A stretch of DNA of 64,000 nt, from the NCBI RefSeq assembly GCF_004010195.1, contig NC_057751.1:4534161-4598160 (forward strand). Direction: 5' to 3'. Below the pieces are notes generated by a model. The model had not been told where the DNA came from and searched no databases. It saw only the letters and a program-made list of their open reading frames with translations. This DNA is from Chiloscyllium plagiosum (lineage: Eukaryota). Below are positions 61,916 through 64,000 of the stretch, in pieces; position 1 is the first letter of the stretch, and the number at the start of each line of letters is the position of its first letter. Position numbers and translations under genes: made by a program.

Positions 61916-62592
61916 GAGACTCATTCTTAACTTCCCTCTGAATTGGCCAAGAAAATCTGCACAGGTCAAGGGCAATAAATGCTGGTGTTACCTCTGCCCC
62001 TCAAGTCCCACGAGTCTATAAAAGAAACTTGACAAGGAGAAGTTGAAGATTGGTGTTTTATTGGCCTCTAAGATTGGAAAAGGGTTGGGTAGAGTAGATT
62101 CTGGAAGGAGGTGTTGACAGAGGGTCATGGGGGTCACTGCCACAACTCAATCCAATGGGGAACTGAAGAGAACTACTTACCCAGAGAGTGGTGAGAATGT
62201 GGAACTTGCTCCCACACTGAGACATTACCACAAGACCTGTGGATACACCAACAGGAAGCTGAACAAACATACAAGGTAGGGGATGGTATACTCTCAGGCT
62301 GAAGTGAAACACAGTGGGCAGAAGTGGCTAGTACAAGCATTGATTGGTCAGGCCAAATGGCCTATTTCTGTGCACTACATTCAATATCAATCATCAGGTT
62401 GCTGTCACCATTCTCCTCAGATTACAGCTCAGGATTCTTGTCAGGACATGAATAACAATTGGTATGAAGACTCCCACACAGCTCTGCCTAGCTCTACTTG
62501 GAACTGACAGGCAGGGATAGCACTGCAAGCAGTAGACAGCAGACACCCAGTCTACAGCATCCCTTAATGCAGGGAAAGAAGGATGCACTCAC

Positions 62593-62655
62593 CTCAGAGT
62601 TATCTGCCACCACGTACACTTCAATATATTTCTTCTCTCGAAGAAAATTGTTCCT
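62593..62655 (-). CDS. adam8: ADAM8-like metalloprotease, first visible coding exon (start of catalytic domain): RNNFLREKKYIEVYVVADNSE; gene is 5'-truncated by the window
   Basis: Acceptor tttttccttccag, donor gtgagt; 63 nt, phase 0-0; KYIEVYVVADN matches the reprolysin (M12B) N-terminal strand motif. Confidence 0.9.
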
Positions 62656-64000
62656 CTGGAAGGAAAAACAGAGAGAATGAAAGACAGCAGAATCCACTCT
62701 CACTACTGTCAGGGAAATACCTGACAACCCGTACCTGGAAGCAAATAAACCAAGGACAGAGTTCAGAACGCAAACTCAAAACATTGCTTGTGTGATGTTG
62801 CATATGAGAGACTCGGTGACAGTCTGGAATCTAATCAAGGGGTTTGGGATGGTTCATATGTAAAATAACAGATGCCCAGGAGGGAGTTACAGACTGGAAT
62901 CATATGAACAGGTTTTTCTAGTTGTGTAATCGGTTGTGGTTGTGGGTAATGACAAGCAGTGGCTGCATTTGACTGATTTAAACACCGAACGGTTGATAGC
63001 AAGCTGCCCCATTGTTCCAGTTTGCTGAATCAAGGAATGGTCAGTGCTGTTTGTGAAACAGTGTCAGGCATTGAGCTGTCCCACCTACACAGGTCATCGT
63101 CTGAATAAAACATTCATTCATCTCCCACTCTGAGCTCTTACACTGTGCAAAGCCGCACTCAGTCACACTGCAGGAACTCAAATATAAACTCAGCTTTCAG
63201 CACAGCACAGAGACAGCAGTGTCCTGTCTGCTTTCAGGTCTATCATCAAATCGAGTTCTCATCTCCATCTTTAGCAGAGCTTACAATATCCTTCCAGCAC
63301 TGTTTAGAAGAACAGTAGGGTGTCATTGCCAATACTTATCCTTCAACCGATGTCTGCGTGGGTTTCCTCCGGGTGCTCCGGTTTCCTCCCACAATCCAAA
63401 AATGTGCAGGTTAGGTGAATTGGCCATGCTAAATTGCCCGTAGTGTTAGATGCAGGGGTAAATGTAGGGGTATGGGTATGGGTGGGTGCGCTTCGGCGGG
63501 TCGGTGTGGACTGGTTGGGCCGAAGGGCCTGTTTCCACACTGTAAGTAATCTAATCTAATCTAATAATTTAATTATTATCTCATTGATTTTGTGGGAGTT
63601 TGCAATTCTTTAATTGCTCATCTGATATGATGACAATAATTGGACTTCAAAAGACCTTTCCTGGCAATGGTCCATCTCGGGTGATATAACATGTTGCAGG
63701 TACAATGTGGATAGGTTTTGGGGTGAGAGGAGATGTGTTAGTCTGTGAAGAGTAACTCACTTCCTGACTCCCTAAAGCCTATCCACCATCGACAAGGCAT
63801 GAGTCGGGGCGTGATAGAATACTCCTCACCTGCCTGGATGTGTACAGCACCAACAACAAGGTTGACACCATTCAGGACAAAGCAGCCCATGTGACTGGCA
63901 CCACATCCACAAATACCCACTCCCTCCACCACTGATGCTTAATATAGCAGCCAAGTGTGTGATCGATAGAACGCATCACAGACATTCTTCAAGGATCCTC

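Noticed and set aside
62721..62734. 14-nt micro-exon candidate (ttccag GTACGGGTTGTCAG gtattt) upstream of the first visible ADAM exon
   Set aside because: It would leave only a 65-nt intron, has a weak donor, and its upstream phase cannot be tested within the window.

Overview
Repeat-rich vertebrate genomic DNA, most likely a cartilaginous fish. This is inferred from HE1/V-type tRNA-SINEs that share 3' tails with CR1-like LINEs and from abundant Penelope-like element (PLE) ends. The one well-supported gene is a minus-strand ADAM metalloprotease, most like non-mammalian ADAM8 (ADAM28 not excluded). I reconstructed 17 phase-consistent GT-AG coding exons from 62655 to the stop at 22055 (1794 nt, 597 aa). 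They encode a metalloprotease domain with an intact [12 protein letters not shown] zinc site and Met-turn, then disintegrin, Cys-rich, degenerate EGF-like, transmembrane and Pro-rich cytoplasmic regions. The signal-peptide/prodomain exons were not found and presumably lie beyond the right edge. The rest is CR1 LINEs, SINEs, PLE fragments, a solo LTR, microsatellites and two N-gaps. Most notable observations: (1) paired loss of EGF cysteines 5/6; (2) short, often palindromic PLE-end insertions with hammerhead-like motifs and 11-14 bp target-site duplications (TSDs) inside ADAM introns; (3) an open PLE GIY-YIG frame with a perfect TSD; (4) a four-layer nested transposon stack; (5) recurring near-identical local inverted or direct duplications about 0.75-1.2 kb apart; (6) low-confidence candidate spliced small ORFs downstream of the ADAM gene. 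Repeat boundaries are approximate and nothing was database-searched.
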